Shown piece by piece: positions 63,751-64,000 of a DNA stretch of 64,000 bases (position 1 is the first letter of the stretch; each line of letters opens with the position of its first letter). Source of the DNA: Hormiphora californensis. Taxonomy: Eukaryota > Animalia > Ctenophora. A model generated the notes under the pieces. It had not been told where the DNA came from, did no database searches, and worked only from the letters and a program-made list of their open reading frames with translations. The stretch lies in NCBI GenBank assembly GCA_020137815.1, contig CM035352.1:4402001-4466000 (forward strand), in the 5' to 3' direction. Position numbers and translations under genes: made by a program.

Positions 63751-64000
63751 CAGAGCATTGGCCTGAGCCTATTTTCCTGGGCCTATTTTCATTTCAGAGC
63801 TCGCGAGAACAGCGGACAGAGCATTGGCCTGAAAGGAATATTATATCCTCAGTTTATATTGATAAACCCTCATGAGTCGATCGAACAATGTGTCTGGACT
63901 GTGCGAGGAATGTATCAGTATCATATATATTCGATAAACCAGGATAGACACTTGCGGTAGATGGAATATTGAGTGCTCGAATTAAGGTCTAATACAGTAA

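Overview
Eukaryotic (metazoan) draft-genome window, not prokaryotic. It has GT-AG spliced genes, dense (CT/GA)n microsatellites, many small TIR elements, a 100-N gap and indel-ridden stretches. The repeat and gene content looks ctenophore-like (inference only). Host genes reconstructed by hand: a short Dishevelled-type DEP-only protein (2.9-4.8 kb), an hnRNP Q/R-A1CF family 3-RRM protein (18-21 kb), a 6-exon type I receptor with two Sushi domains and a Tyr-motif tail (30.7-33.0 kb, minus), a TMBIM/Lifeguard protein, SIN1/MAPKAP1 (frameshifted), Brachyury (41-47.5 kb, minus, many indels) and an orphan secreted precursor (56.4-57.1 kb). Two non-LTR retrotransposons are present. One is a broken CR1/L2-type LINE with PHD fingers on ORF2, whose RT half appears to lie inverted about 5 kb away. 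The other is the standout: an intact ~6.7 kb LINE (RTEX-like) with THREE overlapping ORFs, namely a single-pass, Cys-rich membrane protein, a coiled-coil plus degenerate SGNH ORF1, and an APE-RT-CCHC ORF2. Most short ORFs in the supplied track are microsatellite artefacts.
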